Position numbers and translations under genes: made by a program
Assembly: GCF_009914755.1 (NCBI RefSeq)
Contig: NC_060933.1
DNA: 64,000 nucleotides
Direction: 5' to 3' (one strand)
DNA from: the human T2T-CHM13v2.0 reference genome, Homo sapiens
The notes under the pieces: generated by a model
Databases searched by the model: none
Told to the model about the DNA's origin: nothing
What the model saw: only the letters and a program-made list of their open reading frames with translations
In this document: positions 17,319-31,439 of the stretch, piece by piece
Numbering within the stretch: position 1 is the stretch's first letter
How the letters are laid out: the number at the start of each line of letters is the position of its first letter

Positions 17319-20300
17319 TGCATATGCCATCTCAGAATATGGGTATTACATTCCCATTTCACAGCTGGACAAACTAAGGACCGGAGGCCCAGGGAGATTA
17401 AGTAACTTGCTCAAGGTCATACAGAGCTGTACTGATGCCAAGAAGCTCTGTTCCAGCAGGTCCTTCCCAGGACAGAGGCTAGGGAAGTCTGGGTGCCCTG
17501 TGTGAATTCTTAGGAATAATCATGAGCTCAGATGGTCAGAGATGGGAGAGCCCTTTGAGGCCCCCTATCTACCCCCAACAGGTTACAGACACAGAGTCGA
17601 GGCCTAGAGATCAAAAGGACATTGCTCAGGGTCACATGGTAGGTAGCAGCACACCTAGGATCGGACTTTGGTCTCCTAAACCCCAGGCTTGTAAAACCTC
17701 TCATTGCTTAGTGCCAGGGGCCATGCCAGCCAGCGCTGGCTTCTTTCTGCAGGGCTTGGCAGGCAGAGGCTCTTCCAGCTGGACACAAGGGTGGACTTGT
17801 TCCGTAGGATGGGGTTCCCCTAGATCTGGCTGTCAGAGGCCAGGACCCTTGGGGGAAGCCCCGAGGGGTCTGCTTGGTTGTTTCCATGGCTCTGTTTGCG
17901 TACGCCTGGAGCCCAGGCCTCCTCCACCTCCCCCAGGCAGGCCTGAGCCCCCGCTCTGCTCCCCCTCAGCTCCAGGCCCTCTCAGAGGCCCCGTTGTTTG
18001 CAACGCAAAGTGGAAAATCCCACCCCGGCCTCGTGAATCATCCCAGAGTCACCCGCTCAGGCTTCAGGCCCTGGAAAGAAATGGCAGCGTTTTTCCACTG
18101 TGGAGAGAACAGGCAGGGTCTCGGATCAGGGGAGAGGGGCCAGGGGGCACCCGTGCTCGCCACGAGCAAAGTGGGCACTGAGTAGGGGAGGGTCCAGCCC
18201 GTGGCTAGCACTGGGCAGCCGGCGGTCCCCACCCAGGTTGAAGGTGGAGTGAAGGGATTGGCCAGGCCCGAAGCTGGGGCCGCCCCGTCAAGGAGTCGGC
18301 CTGTGGGCTGACATCACCAGGCTGGACCCTGGGTCCTGAGTGGCACTCAGAGTCTGCTCTGCAGATGTGGTGGATGAGGTCAGACTCTATCCTGGATGCC
18401 CCTATTTCTGGGGCAGAAGACATGCCAAGAGGGAGTGTCCAGGCCTCTGCAGCTGCAGCCCCACCAGGGTCCATGAAGGAGCTGCACCCACGGAGCCTGT
18501 TCCTCCCCGGAGTCCTGGACAAGCCCTTCACCCTGCTGGGTCTTTGCCTTCTCTGTGAGATGGGAAGAATCTCGCTTTTCCTCTTCATTTGATAATGTAG
18601 CAGAGGAAATTACCCCCACCTTGGCTTTCCGCAACTCAGGAAATGCCAGTGCCAGGAAGTTTCCAGGATCTTCATTTCACAGATGTCCAGAGAAGAGAAG
18701 GGACTTACTCAAGGCCATATACCTAGTTAGAGTCACACTCAACCAAGATTGTGTGGCAGCTGCCCAGGGTAGGAGAACAGGTCCAGTGGTCCTGGGTTTG
18801 AATCCAGGCTCTGCCTCTTGTTAGCTGTGTGGCACTGGGCAAGTCACTTTTCCTCTCTGAACCTCTCTCTGGTTTCTTACCTGTTGAAACGGCATGGTAT
18901 ACCTACAGTATGCTTCGTCTCAGCCCCCTGCTTTTTCTTTAATTCTGGGTCCACCTGGGACAGTTGGGTCAAGGAGGGCCTTCTAAGAAGGGACATCTTT
19001 TGCTGTCCCCTAGAAACAGATGTGAAGGAGGATGGCTTAAAATTTTGAGTTGAGGACGTTCCAGAAGCTTGCTTCACAGAAATAACAGCTAACATTTTTT
19101 TTGAGCATTAATTGGGTGCCAGACACCAGGATTAGCACTTGTTATAGATTATCTGTCGGCTAGGTGCTATTATTAACCTCATTTTACAGTAATAGAAAAA
19201 AGGCTTGGAGCCTGGAAATAGCTTTGCTCAAAGCCACCCAGATAGTAGGTGGGCGGGGGGGGGTGCCCTATGTGAACCCAGGCCCGTGGTGTTACACCAT
19301 ACTCTACTGCCCAGAGACAGCTGGAGAGGAGAAGTGGGTAAGACCGGCACCCAGAGTCCAGAACCCACAAAACCAGACAACCCCTCTACCCACCCCTGGA
19401 ACTCTGCCGCCAATTTGGCCAGAGGTCTCTGGATGCTCAGAGGTAGCTGGGACTTGCCCGAGGTCACAAAACAGACCCTCCTCCTTCTGCTCAGGGCTCT
19501 TGCCCAGTGACCTTGGTACCCATATCTGCCTGTCTGGATCTCTCCTCTGATTTTTATTCATGGACGAGCAAGCACGTGGTGTTCACAGGCCAGAACTGTG
19601 AGCCGAGACTGCCCAGCATGAGATCTGGATTAATTACCAGCCAAACCAGACTGGGTTTTCAACACCGATTTTAACTCTGGGCAGGAAATCTGGAATCTCA
19701 TTGATGGTTATTTGAAACAAATGAATTCCCCAGGCCTCACACATCCTCGAAAGCCTGGCTTCCTTCAAAGGCTGCAGGCACAGTTCTTCACATCAGGCGC
19801 TTAGTTAATCCTCATTTACTCCTTCGAGGTAAATGCAGTGGTAGCTATTGGACCCATCTTAACGGGGAGCATCTGAGACTCAGATAAGTGGGAGGAACTG
19901 CAGGAAGTGTGCAGCTATTAAGTGGTAAAGCCAGGATTTGAACAAAGATCAGCTCATCCTTCAGTAAGTCTGCTCGGCTGCCTCCCTTCCTGTGTAAAGA
20001 GAAAAGAGATGAGGACACACAGATGCTCCTTAAATGCTGAGCTTCAGGGTTAGATTTTTCACTTGTGGGAAATGGGGAGCCCTTAAATGTTGTTGAGCAG
20101 GGGAGGGCTTTTGGAAGGTGAATGAGGCTGTGTGGAGGAGGACTGCAGAGGGGAGGGAGGAGAGAGTAGAGGCAGGGAGACCACTGAGGGGGCTGCTGCC
20201 GGTTCTTGGGGAGTGGTGATGAAGGCTGGACCATGCTGTGGCCATGGGAACAGATAGAAAATTTGAGTGCCAGTTACATACCAGGCACCGTGTTAACATT

Positions 20301-21004
20301 TGTCATCTCTCATGTCATCCTTGGAATCCCATGGGGAGTGTTTTATTGCCTCCGTTTGTATGGGCACAAGCTGGCTAAAGACTTGTGCATTTTGTCAGCG
20401 GCAGGCAGGGATCTGAACCCAGGCATGTCTGATTCAAAAACCCATGCCATGCTCTGTGTGCTGTGCTGCCTGTTTGTGGGGCAGAGATACTTGGTGTGAC
20501 CTTGGCCAAGTCCCTTCTCTGTTCTGATTCTGCAGAGAATTTGGCTGAGCTCTGAGGTTTCTGGCTGTTTTATTTTATCAAACGTTTGGCTGAGCCCTGG
20601 GGATAGGCAGATGACTCATATCCCCTTAGTTCCTTTGAGGAGACTGTCATCTGATGGGAGACACAGGCTTCTAAGCAGATAATTCCCCAAGTAAGATAGC
20701 GGTCTTTAAAATAGAGGAAAAGAAGGGACTTTGTCCAACTTGGGGAAGGTTTTCTGGAGAAGGTGACACCCTAAGTTAGCTGGGTGATAAATGATGAGGG
20801 CGTCAGTGACTGAATAGTAGCTATGAAAGCCCAAAAGCCCCAAAGAGCATGCATTTCTCAGGGCAGGGACCTCAGGGGACTCCTCCTCTTAGCCGCGGAC
20901 TATCCATGCCCACAGCTGCAGGTGGGATTGTTGAATGACTGCTTGAGCCCATTCTCTGCTGCCAGTGGGCACTGTCTAATGCTGTCTTCTTGTTTTCTCC
21001 TCAG

Positions 21005-21058
21005 GGTCCCCCTGGGCTACCTGGGCTGCCTGGAATCCCTGGTGCACGTGGGCCTCGG
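21005..21058 (+). CDS. COL27A1: Exon 4 (54 bp) GPPGLPGLPGIPGARGPR
   Basis: ttctcctcag|GGT...CGG|gtgagt; six Gly-X-Y triplets. Confidence 0.96.
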
Positions 21059-22467
21059 GTGAGTTATCTCACACTGTCCTTTGGAACTCTTGGTGGCTCT
21101 TTGGCCTGCGTCTCACTGCCCCTGAGGTCTCGGGTTTGCTGTGTGTCCTCAGGTTCTTCCCTCCCCCTCTCTGGCACCCATATTTGGCTTTATCCATTTG
21201 GAGTGGACTTAGGGCTCTCAAGGGTGCTATATGGACAGATATGGCATGGAACAGCAATGACCTCTTGTAGGTCTCAGTTGTCCATTGGGGATATCACCCT
21301 TTGCAGCCTGGGGTGGGGAAGGGGCTCCAGAAGATCACATCCCTTCGGCTGGTGAGCTTCAGTGTTTGGCCAGGAAAACTGCCTTGGGGAATATATGACC
21401 CTTGCATCCCTCTTCCTGTTTCTGCAGGGCTCTCCTGGAGTAGGGGTGCGGATATAGGTACCTGGAGGGGCCATGCGGGGAGGAGTTGAGTTCCTCCTGC
21501 TGGAGAGAGGCTGGGGGACAGCTTGGCAGGCTGCGGTGGCTGACTGAGCTAGCCCAAGCCCGAGAGGGAAAATAGCTCCTATGTGATGTGCCTGGCACCT
21601 TCTTTTATGCTGCCTTATTTGACCTCTCATGCCCACCCCAAGTTCCCATGGGACAGTGAGATCATTGTCATTTTAGAGATGAGGAAACTGAGTAGGAAAC
21701 GGCAAAACCAGGACTGGAACCCAGGCTCTTACCCATATACTGGAACCCTTGGAGATCCCCTTAGAGGGAAACCTACCTGCTTCCCTTAGAGGGCTGAGAC
21801 CAACAGCACCCGGCATCTGTGCCCAGGCTGAATCAGCCTTTCCCACGCTGGGTGCCTGGTGAGGCCCTGGCAGAGGTAGCTGCCTGGGGCATATTTTTAG
21901 CTCTGAGCCCAGCGAGTGGTTCTGGTTATGCAATTACCCAAGCCCTAGTTCCCTCCAGACCTGGCCCTGTGCTCCCTGGGCCCAGGGCTCTGGAATCTGC
22001 CATCTGAAGCGGCATTTCCTCCTGGCTTCAGAGCCTTCATGAAGCACGTGCCCTCTGGGGACCACATAGATATCACAGACGCTGCTAGCCCATGGGACCT
22101 TGCAGCCTGGGACCAGGATGAGGCCGTTGACCTAGGCAGCCTACTCCCTTCCCCAACCTCCTGAGCCCCCAAGCCTCTGCGGTTTTGCTCTGGCTGTCCT
22201 CCTTTGTAAACTTGTCCTCCATTCATGTCTAAGAGCAAATGCCACCTTTATTTCTGATGACCACTCCCTTCTTGGAACTCCCGCAGTGGTTCCCCTGTCC
22301 CCTCTGGATGGCATGGGCCACTTTCTCAAAGCTCTCATTGACCACTAAACTCTGTTTGCTGAGCCACATGTGCAGGATCTCATTCCACCTTCCCAGCCAT
22401 TCTGAGAAACAGGTTTCAATCTATTCCCATTTTACAGATGAGGAAACTGAGGCTCAGAAAGGTTTAG

Positions 22468-22889
<422 letters not shown>

Positions 22890-24766
22890 TGAGTATTCAC
22901 CTGAGCCCCTCCAGAGATAGGCCTCGGTTACCTCTCTCTCCTACGTGATGCCTGGCAGAGCACCCTGCGTGCTGGAGGTGCTGGGCAAATGATTGGTGAA
23001 GAGTTCTAATGTAGGAGTCAAGAATATTTCTTCCAAGAAGTTGTGGAATCTTAGGCAAGTCCCTTCTGTCCTTCTAGGCTCAGTTTCCCCATCTATAAAG
23101 GCTGGGGTCATGGTAAGGCATTTCTAAGTTTCCACCTAGCTCTGGGTGAATGACTCTCCTGACACGCTTCTAGGCTCTTTGCCTGCACGCCACCCCAACT
23201 CTCCCTGCCCGCCGTCCCACCATCATCCTGTTTCTAGACTGGAAATTCCATAGATTATAAAATTCCAAAGATAATAGAATGCTGGATTAAACAATCCCAG
23301 CTCCTCTCTGCACAGATGGGGGCTCTGGGGCTTAAGGAGGGGCATTCTTACCTGAGGTCGCCCAAAGCTCTCTGTCTTGCCCCTTCCTACCTCCACATAT
23401 TCCCCCAGCCCATGGAGGGATGTTGGGGAATCCCAGAGCCTCCCCCACCTGGCTTTCTAGGCTGCAGCATTTATAGAATTGGTCTGCTTGGCTTTCAGTC
23501 AACTATGTGCCTCGTTTCTCTGCAATACTGGAGAGGGTTGGGGACGGGGGGGCAGGGAAACAGGAAGCCCCCACCTTCAGAAGCTGCAGATGGGGGAGCT
23601 GAGTGCTCTGGCCCACCATCTGTGGGGCAGCTGGGGCACGACTGGGGAGAGGCAGCCGCCCTTGACCTTGTGCAGCCTACGCCTGGCTCTGGTGGAACTG
23701 GGTGTCAGGAACCCCTCCTTGAACACTCCCTGCCAACCTCTGTCCAATTCCCACTGAGCTTGTGGTTAGACCTGGTTAGACCCCACGAGCCTGGGCTGGG
23801 GTGAACATCGGAGGGTGTTCCAGATTCCTTAGAGACTGCTGGGTCCCAGTCACTTACAGAACAGAGGGAGAGACCGAGGCTGGGGATTATGAGGTGGGGC
23901 TCAGAATTGGGACTCAGTCTCGATGCTTCCAGGTTCTGTCGCGTGCCAGGAGACAGTGTTTGGTGGACTGCAGGGGAGGGCAGGAGGGCTGATTATTTTG
24001 GAAGGAGGGTCACAAGAGGCACTGAGAAACTCCCCAGGCTCAGTGTGCTCTGGACACTGTTCCTTGCCGGTGCATTCGGAGAAGGGGAGGGTCCCAGTTC
24101 AGGCATCAAGGAAGAGAGGAAGAGGGAGGTGCCTTGGTTGGAATGTGACAGGCTGCAGCTGGGAAGCTGGCCTCAGAGAGGGAAGAAGAAAGCAGTTCAC
24201 ACACAGTTAGCCCGATGAATCAAGAGGGACGGGGAAGAGGGCAGTGCGCCTAGAGGCTGGTGGGGTTGGGAGGACCACTGGACCCTTGAGGGTGCCTCTC
24301 CTCACCTCCTATGCCCCAGATTATTCCTGCTAGACAAAAACCCTCAAGTATTCCCCGGCTCTTAGGGCTCTATTTATATTACTGTGCTGGAAGACTCTAG
24401 GCCAGGGCCCTTGCTGGAGAAAGTGGACATAACAGGACCCAGCTGTTATCGGGGAACTTGGATATGGCCTGGGAAAATCCAGCGCCATGAATAAACTCTG
24501 GACTTGAAGCCACCAGGCCCTGGACCCTGATCTCACTTGGCCACAAATCTGCTGTATGACCTTGATCAAGCCTCCTGGACTCTCTGGGTCCAGTGTTCCC
24601 AGGTGCTCTGTGGTCTCTGGAAGACCTTGAAAGCTTGGAGCTTGCAGGTGTCTAAGGGTCTGATCACGTGTTGTAGCCACAGGAGAGGTGCACCTTTGTT
24701 CACAAGAGGTCAAATACATCCTTCTTGAGCTCTCAACTCCAAAGACTCATACAAAAGTCCAGTTGG

Positions 24767-25104
24767 GGCCAGCTGCCGTGGCTCACGCCTGTAATCCCAG
24801 CACTTCAGAAGGCCAAGGCAGGAGGATTGCTTCAGGCCAGGAATTCGAGACCAGCCTGGGCAGCATAGCAAGACTCCATCTCTATAAAATAATAATAATA
24901 ATAATAATAATAAAATAATAAAAATAATAAAATAAAAATAATAATAAAATAATAAAAATTAGTGGCCCATGCTTGGAGTCCCAGCTACTCAGGAGGCTAA
25001 GGTGGGAGGATCTCTTGAGCCGAGGAGTTTGAGGCTGCAGTGAGCCATGATCATACCACTACAGTCTAGCCCAGGCGACAGAGCAAGACCCTGCCTCTAA
25101 AAAA
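24767..25104 (+). mobile_element. AluJ-like with its middle linker expanded into an (AAT)n/(AAAAT)n microsatellite
   Basis: TSD AAAAGTCCAGTTG / AAAAGTCCACTTG; microsatellite at ~24886-24958. Confidence 0.9.
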
Positions 25105-25743
25105 AAAAGTCCACTTGAGACTGGAGGAGCCCTAGAGGGTTCCCCGGAGGAGATGGCACTTTGAGCCAGGCCTGAAGGATGGATCAGGTTTCAAGCAGAG
25201 GAGATGGATGAGAAAAGATGCTGCCAGATGAGGGAACAGCATGGGCAAACGCAACGAGGAGAGAAAGTACCAGATACGTGGGAGGGAAGTGCATAGCTAA
25301 GTGTGGTTTGAGCCTGAAGAAGCTGGGAAGGGCTGACGGGGCTAGGCTGAGAGATGTGGAGAGGTGGTAAAATTTAGGGGTGAAGGACTTGTGCTCCGAG
25401 GTCAAGGTCCAGCTCTGCCTCTTAGCAGCTGGGTGATCTGAGACAGTTACGAACCTCTGTGAACATCGGCATCCTCGTCTTCAAAATAGTAATAACAACA
25501 CCACCTACCTTCCAGGTTAACAGGATCAAATGAGATGGCACATGGGATGTGCTTCCCACTGGGCCAGGCATGGAGGGTGTACTCCCAAAAGTAGGCTGAG
25601 TGGCCACGACAGTGTTGCTAGGGCTTGGCTTGGGGAGAAGATAAACCAGTGGGTGGAGGGAAGGTGCCAGGCATTGCTGTCAGAGGCGAGATGGCCCCTG
25701 TTTTTTGTCACCTTTTTTTGTTTTTGTTCCTTGTCTCTTTCAG

Positions 25744-25797
25744 GGTCCTCCTGGGCCTTATGGAAATCCAGGTCTCCCCGGCCCTCCTGGAGCCAAA
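25744..25797 (+). CDS. COL27A1: Exon 5 (54 bp) GPPGPYGNPGLPGPPGAK
   Basis: ctctttcag|GGT...AAA|gtgagt; Gly-X-Y. Confidence 0.96.
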
Positions 25798-28700
25798 GTG
25801 AGTATTTGCTGGAGATGTGGCCATGGAGTGGGTGCTGGGGTTGGAGCCATGTTTGCAGTGCTTCCCAGGGGTGCCTGGTGGGAGGGCTTCAGGGGCACTG
25901 AGGGGGATTCCCGCCTAAGCCAGGGGCACCCTCTGGGCCCCTTTCCAGGGCTGGGCCCTGTGCCTGGTCCGGAGACACAGTGCTTCCGCCTGGGAGAGAC
26001 TTGGGAGAGTCGGGCAGTTGGAACCCAGAGCCTTCAGGGGAGTGGGCAGAGAGGTGATTTCTTGCTAAATAGGGAAGGCTGGCCTTGAATGTCAGACTAA
26101 GAACATAAGGCTTACCGGGTTGTAAGATGCATCCTGGGGAGGGATGTGGAAAGATGACGTTTTAGAAAGCTCACTGGATGCCCTGAGGAGGATGAATGCG
26201 GGGTGGGGAACCAGAGCCAAGGCCGGGAGACCAGGGGTGATATGGGGGAGAAAGGAGGCTAGTCCGGGCCAACTTAGGGGTGTGGGAGGAGGTAGGGTGG
26301 AAAGGATGGTGGTGGGTGCAAGGTGAGAGACAGTTACAAACACCAGACAGTTTTTACCTCCCTGATGTTAGCCTTGGGGACTGAACTGGGTCCCAGGAGG
26401 AGGAGTAAGATGATGTTGCACGCAGGAACATGTAGCCCGGTCAAGTGATCATTCATGGACAGATATTCTGGAACTCAGGATTGCTCTGAGCTGGAGACAG
26501 AGCCAGGGGGAGGCTGGCGCAGAGATGCCACCTCCCCCAGGGAGTCTTCTTGGAATACTCGAATTCACTTTTAATGAGACCTTAGTGGCTGATGCTTTGA
26601 TGATATGGGAACACCACTTGCTGAGCTCTTCAGTCTGTTCCCGGAGCTCTGGCAGAGGGCAAGGTTGTTGGGGCACTGCATTGGAAGTGAGAAACTCAGA
26701 GCACCAAGAGGATTGCCGGAGCCAGCAACATTTAGGTCATGGGAAAAGAAAGTTTGTGGAATGGCTGGAGAGATAGGAGGGGAAGGAAGATGCTAAAGTC
26801 CCTGAAGCTAAGAGAACAGTGCCTGTGCCGAAGGAGCTGTGGAGGGCAGATGGGCTCCTGACTCAGGGGCCTCCCAGCTCAGCCTGTGTCATCTGTGGGG
26901 TAACCAGGTGAAGAGCACCCCCGTGCTTTGGTTGGGCCAGGTCCCGGGTCATTCTTTGATAACCCAGCTGCAGAGGTTGAATGGCTTAAGGGAAGCCCTT
27001 AACTGATTGGCTCCAGGCCATGCACAGTGAGCTGCTGAGCAGCCTCTAAAGCCCATCTCTCCTGAGTCATGGAGTAGGGCTCCTTTTGGCCCATCAGCTT
27101 GTCTGGGAGCTTTGGACAGAGGTCTCACATGGTAGCCCTGGGCATATGGATCTGTGGTGTCAGAGTCTTGGGGCAGAGCAGAGTGCAGGAGCACTGGCCT
27201 CAGCCCCTCTAGATCTGTGACTCTACGTCCAGGGTTGGGCTGGGCTGGGTTCCTTTCCGGAAGGCAGGCAGTGGAGGCCTCAGGTGTCCAGTGCTTAGCA
27301 GCTGCCTGGAGGTGCTCTGGGCTTTCACAGGGTGAACACTGATGATAATAACAGCCATATACTGAACCCTTCCTGTGTGCCAGGCACTGTTCATGCGTTT
27401 GATGTGGCTTGTCTCATTTGATCACCACAAAGACCTAAAGAGATGGGTGGAGATACCGTACCCATTTACAGATGGGGAAACTGAGGCACGGGTCGAGTAA
27501 GACATTGTCTAGGAAATGGCAGTGGAGACTGCCCCCATGGGTCAGGCAGAGAGGCAGGAACTCATTTGGAGAGTTCTGCTTTGCAGAGGCCATGGCACAT
27601 CAAGATGCCGAGCATCAGCAGCTGTTTTGAATGGCCAGGCTTGCCCCTTCCTGGCCTGCTCTGGGACCAGTGGAGCCTGTCTCCTCCCACCCCCAGACTC
27701 ACTCCCTGCTCCTGTGGTAGCAGATGCTCCATCAGCCCCTTCTGCTGGCCCTGCTCAGAGCACTGTGGAACCTCAGTACCAGGCCCATGGTAGCCCACCC
27801 CAATCTTGCTAACAGATGTGCCATGGTAGGAGGAGGGCCTGCCAGCTGTTTCTCCTCGCATTTTGAACACATCTCTTAGTATGACCACTGAGGCTCCTCC
27901 CTAGCAAGTGAGTTCTCCTGCCACCACATGGAGCTGGGAACCATGGACTCAGGGCCTCATGGACAGGACTCCCATTTGCATCTGTGTATAATAGATAAGG
28001 ATGTGGGTTCTATAAAATACACTGGAATCAGAGGCTGCTTCTCTCATTGGGACTTGCATAAAATGCCAGGGGGAAATGTCATGCCCTTTGCCTGGACACT
28101 TGGCCCTGAGGCCAAGGGTGAACAGAGGTGGCCCCAGAGCAGGCTGGTGGGAGGCCCAGTTAACTGGGCCAGGGCCCTAGGCTGATCTGTGGCATGGGCA
28201 GGACAAGGTTAAAGCAGAGGCCTTCCCTGGATGGAAGTAATGACTTGGCTGAGATTGGCTGAGAAAGCTGTGTGTCTGCATGAATGGGTGGGACCCTGGG
28301 AAGAGGGTCCTAGAGTCCTTACTGTTCAGCAGATCCCCTTTGGGATGGGAGGTGACCTGGTGGGACTGTAGGGCTGGCCTCCCCCAAGGCCTATGCTGTC
28401 CCGTCCTCTTCCAGCATGGTGTCTGGGGCCACACATCCATTCATCCTCCTTCAGTCAACAAACGTGTATTGAGCACCCACTACGGGCTGTTGACAGATAA
28501 ATCAGTCACACTGTCAGGGCTTGCCCTGGGGGCACGGAACTGGATCAGCCCCATGCAGTCATCCCATCAGTGCATCTCCACCTTCAGGTGCTTATGGCCT
28601 TGTGGGAAGACGATCCCTCTGCTAGACTCAAGGGTGGGAGAGATGGGTGGTTTGAGGAAGACCAAGAAAGAGAGAAAGCAGAGGTGAGGGACCTCATCCC

Positions 28701-30696
28701 TCCGGAGGGTGCAGAAGAGTGAAAGTTCAGGAGGCCAAGGGACCTTGCCTAGATCACGGCTGGGCAGTGGGGGGACTGTATTTCAGATCCTTGGGTTTGC
28801 CTGCCAGAAGGAGCTTTGTCAGGGTGTCACAGCTGGCACAGGCCAGAGCCAGGCCACACCCCATCTTCCTCCTCCAGAGTCCAAGGCTTTGCCTATCTGC
28901 CAGCTACCCACATATCCCATGTTCCAATCCAGCAGGGAAGGGAGCTTGTCAGCTCCAGCACAGAGTTGGATCCAGGACTTTGAGAATGAGGCGGAGAAGC
29001 TAGGACCCTGAGAGGATGTGTTTCCGCTTAGAGCGGTGCTGACCCGTGGCAGGTGCTGCAGAAGGGGCAGTTGTCTGCATGTGTGAGGCACTGGGGCTAC
29101 CAGGGACACAGGCAGGCATGGTCCCTGCCCTTGGGGAGTGTAGAGGTGAGCGAGAAAGCAAAACAAGCCAACCATATTGACAAATGCAGACTTACACCAT
29201 GATTAGGTCTCTAGGGCTCCATGTGAGAGGCCCGGAGTGCTCGGAGACCCCACGATATGGGGATTGATCTAGTCCGGGAGGTGAGGGACACCTTCTCAGA
29301 GGGCAGGAAGGTTGAACCAAGGTCTAAAGTATAGTGGACGACTAGGCAAAGGGGCTGGAGGAGGCTGGTGAGGGCAACAGGCCTGGTAGTTTGCGGTATG
29401 ATTTTCGGACTTTATCCAAAGAGCAGCTGGAAGACCTGGAAAGGATTTCAGCAGAATTGACATGACTGGATGAGGTCTGCAAACGCCATTTAGGCCATTT
29501 GAGAAGCAGAGCTTGGCTGGTGGCCAGATGGAGGGCTGGAGCTGCCCTGGGGCAGGGTGCTGATGCTGGACCATGGTGGAGTCAGGTGGGATGCAGGTCC
29601 TTGGTGCAAATGAGGAGCTCTAGGGCAGAGGTGGGGGTCTCCTTCTGGATAGGGAAGCTAGTGCTCCCCGCCAGTGCTCCCTGCACTGGGCCATGAGGCT
29701 CCTGGTTCCACTCTTGAGCAGCCAGCCACCTTGTCTCTGGTCTGGTCCACTTGGTCTGCAGTGAACTAGCCAGGATGATATGGCCCTCAGACACTGGGAA
29801 GGAGATGTGGTCAGCAGAGGGCAGGCTCCATGGCCCAGGTGGCTGCTGGCAGAGCTAGTGTGAGCTTTACCTTTCCTCTTCCTCTAACGTTCCTTCCTTT
29901 GGGCCAGGCCCTGTGCTGGGCACTTGAGATCAGAGATGGAGTATGCAGGGGGCTTCCAGCCCAGAATATTTTAATCCTTTGTGATTTAGTGCTCATTTGT
30001 CTCAGCCCCACCCTGGGCCTCAGCCACCCAAGGAAAATATGGAGAAGTCCAGAAGATGTCAAGAAGAAAGTGAGCTATCTGTAGTGGTCCTGCCCAGTAA
30101 TAAGCTCTGAGAGCACTTTGAGCAACCTTTGGGCCAGGCCCCGGCCAAGAGCTTTATGTACTTTGCAGGGCAGGTATTATTACCCCCATTTTACAGATGA
30201 GGGAATAGGTCCAAGATGCTAAATAACTTGCCCAGTGTCACATTTCTAGTAAGTGGCAGAGCACGCATTCAAACCCTCAACTGTCTGACCTCAAGGTGTC
30301 AATCTAGCCCTCAGCTCCACAGCTCTCTGGTCTTCCCTGTGTGTGTCACATATGTGAGTGTGGATCCACTTTGTAGTGGCTGGGTATCTGGCCTTCCTCA
30401 CTTAACAATTATTGTGAACATTCTCCTGTGTTAGCAACTTGGCATCCATCACATATGATTTAATAGCTTCATGGCATTTTATCAACACTAATATCCCATG
30501 CTTTATATAACTTACTCCATTAGTAAAAAAAAATCAGTTCCACTTTAAATTAATATACAAATATTATCTTGATTAACATTACTGTATATAAATGTTAGAA
30601 TATCTCCAATTATTTCATTAGGATAAGTTCATCAAAAATAGAATTGCTGATGTGGTCTCAGGAGTCAGTGTGCCCAAGTTTGAATCCTGGCTCTAC

Positions 30697-31129
30697 TGAT
30701 GCAGGGCAGACAAGCCCCAAATTGGGGATTAGCCTGGGAGGGTTTTTGGCTTCACTCAGGAAAGAATTCAACAGCCAGCTGGTGGTAGAAGAAAACAGCT
30801 TTATTGATGTGGCAGTACAGCTCCGTGACTGCTCCGGCACAGCAGGGCTACCCCATAGGCAGTGTGCTGACAGTAACGGTTCAGAGGCAATTCTGCAGTC
30901 ATATTTATGCCCACCTTTAATTATATGCAAATTAAGAGGCAGAGTATGCAGACATTTCTAGAAAAGTGGTGGTAACTTCCAGGTCATCAGGTCATTGCCA
31001 TGGAAAGGGGCAGTCACTTTCAGGTTGTCACCTGAGAGGTGATTCTACCTCATGCCTGTTTTAGCTAGTCCTCAATTTGGTCCCAAGTCCAAGCCCTGCC
31101 TCCAGAGTCAAGTCTCATCTCCCACCTCA
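30697..31129 (-). mobile_element. Solo ERV1 LTR (MER66-like)
   Basis: TG...CA termini, 4-bp TSD CTAC (30693-30696 and 31130-31133), minus-strand AATAAA at 30800-30805; minus-strand start TGAGGTGGGAG...AAATTGAGGACTAGCTAAAACAGG; splits a MIR. Confidence 0.8.
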
Positions 31130-31254
31130 CTACCATTTGCTGCTTGTATGACTTTGGGCAAGTTACTTAAAACTTGGAGGGCCTCAGCTTCCACTTCTGT
31201 AAAACAAGGATGATCATAGTTCATACCTCATAGGATTGTTCTGAGGATTAAACT

Positions 31255-31378
31255 GTGTGTGTGTGTATGTGCACACATATATGTGTATTTATATATGTAT
31301 ATGTAGACATATATCAAGACATATACCAAGATATATTTGTATATACATACACAGGCATACATACACATATATACAAAT
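31255..31378. repeat. (TG)n/(TA)n/(CA)n compound low-complexity repeat
   Basis: Alternating purine-pyrimidine run. Confidence 0.8.
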
Positions 31379-31439
31379 GATTTATAATATGCCTTGCACA
31401 TGAGAGACATATAAGTGCTTAGCTGTTATTTTATTAGCA

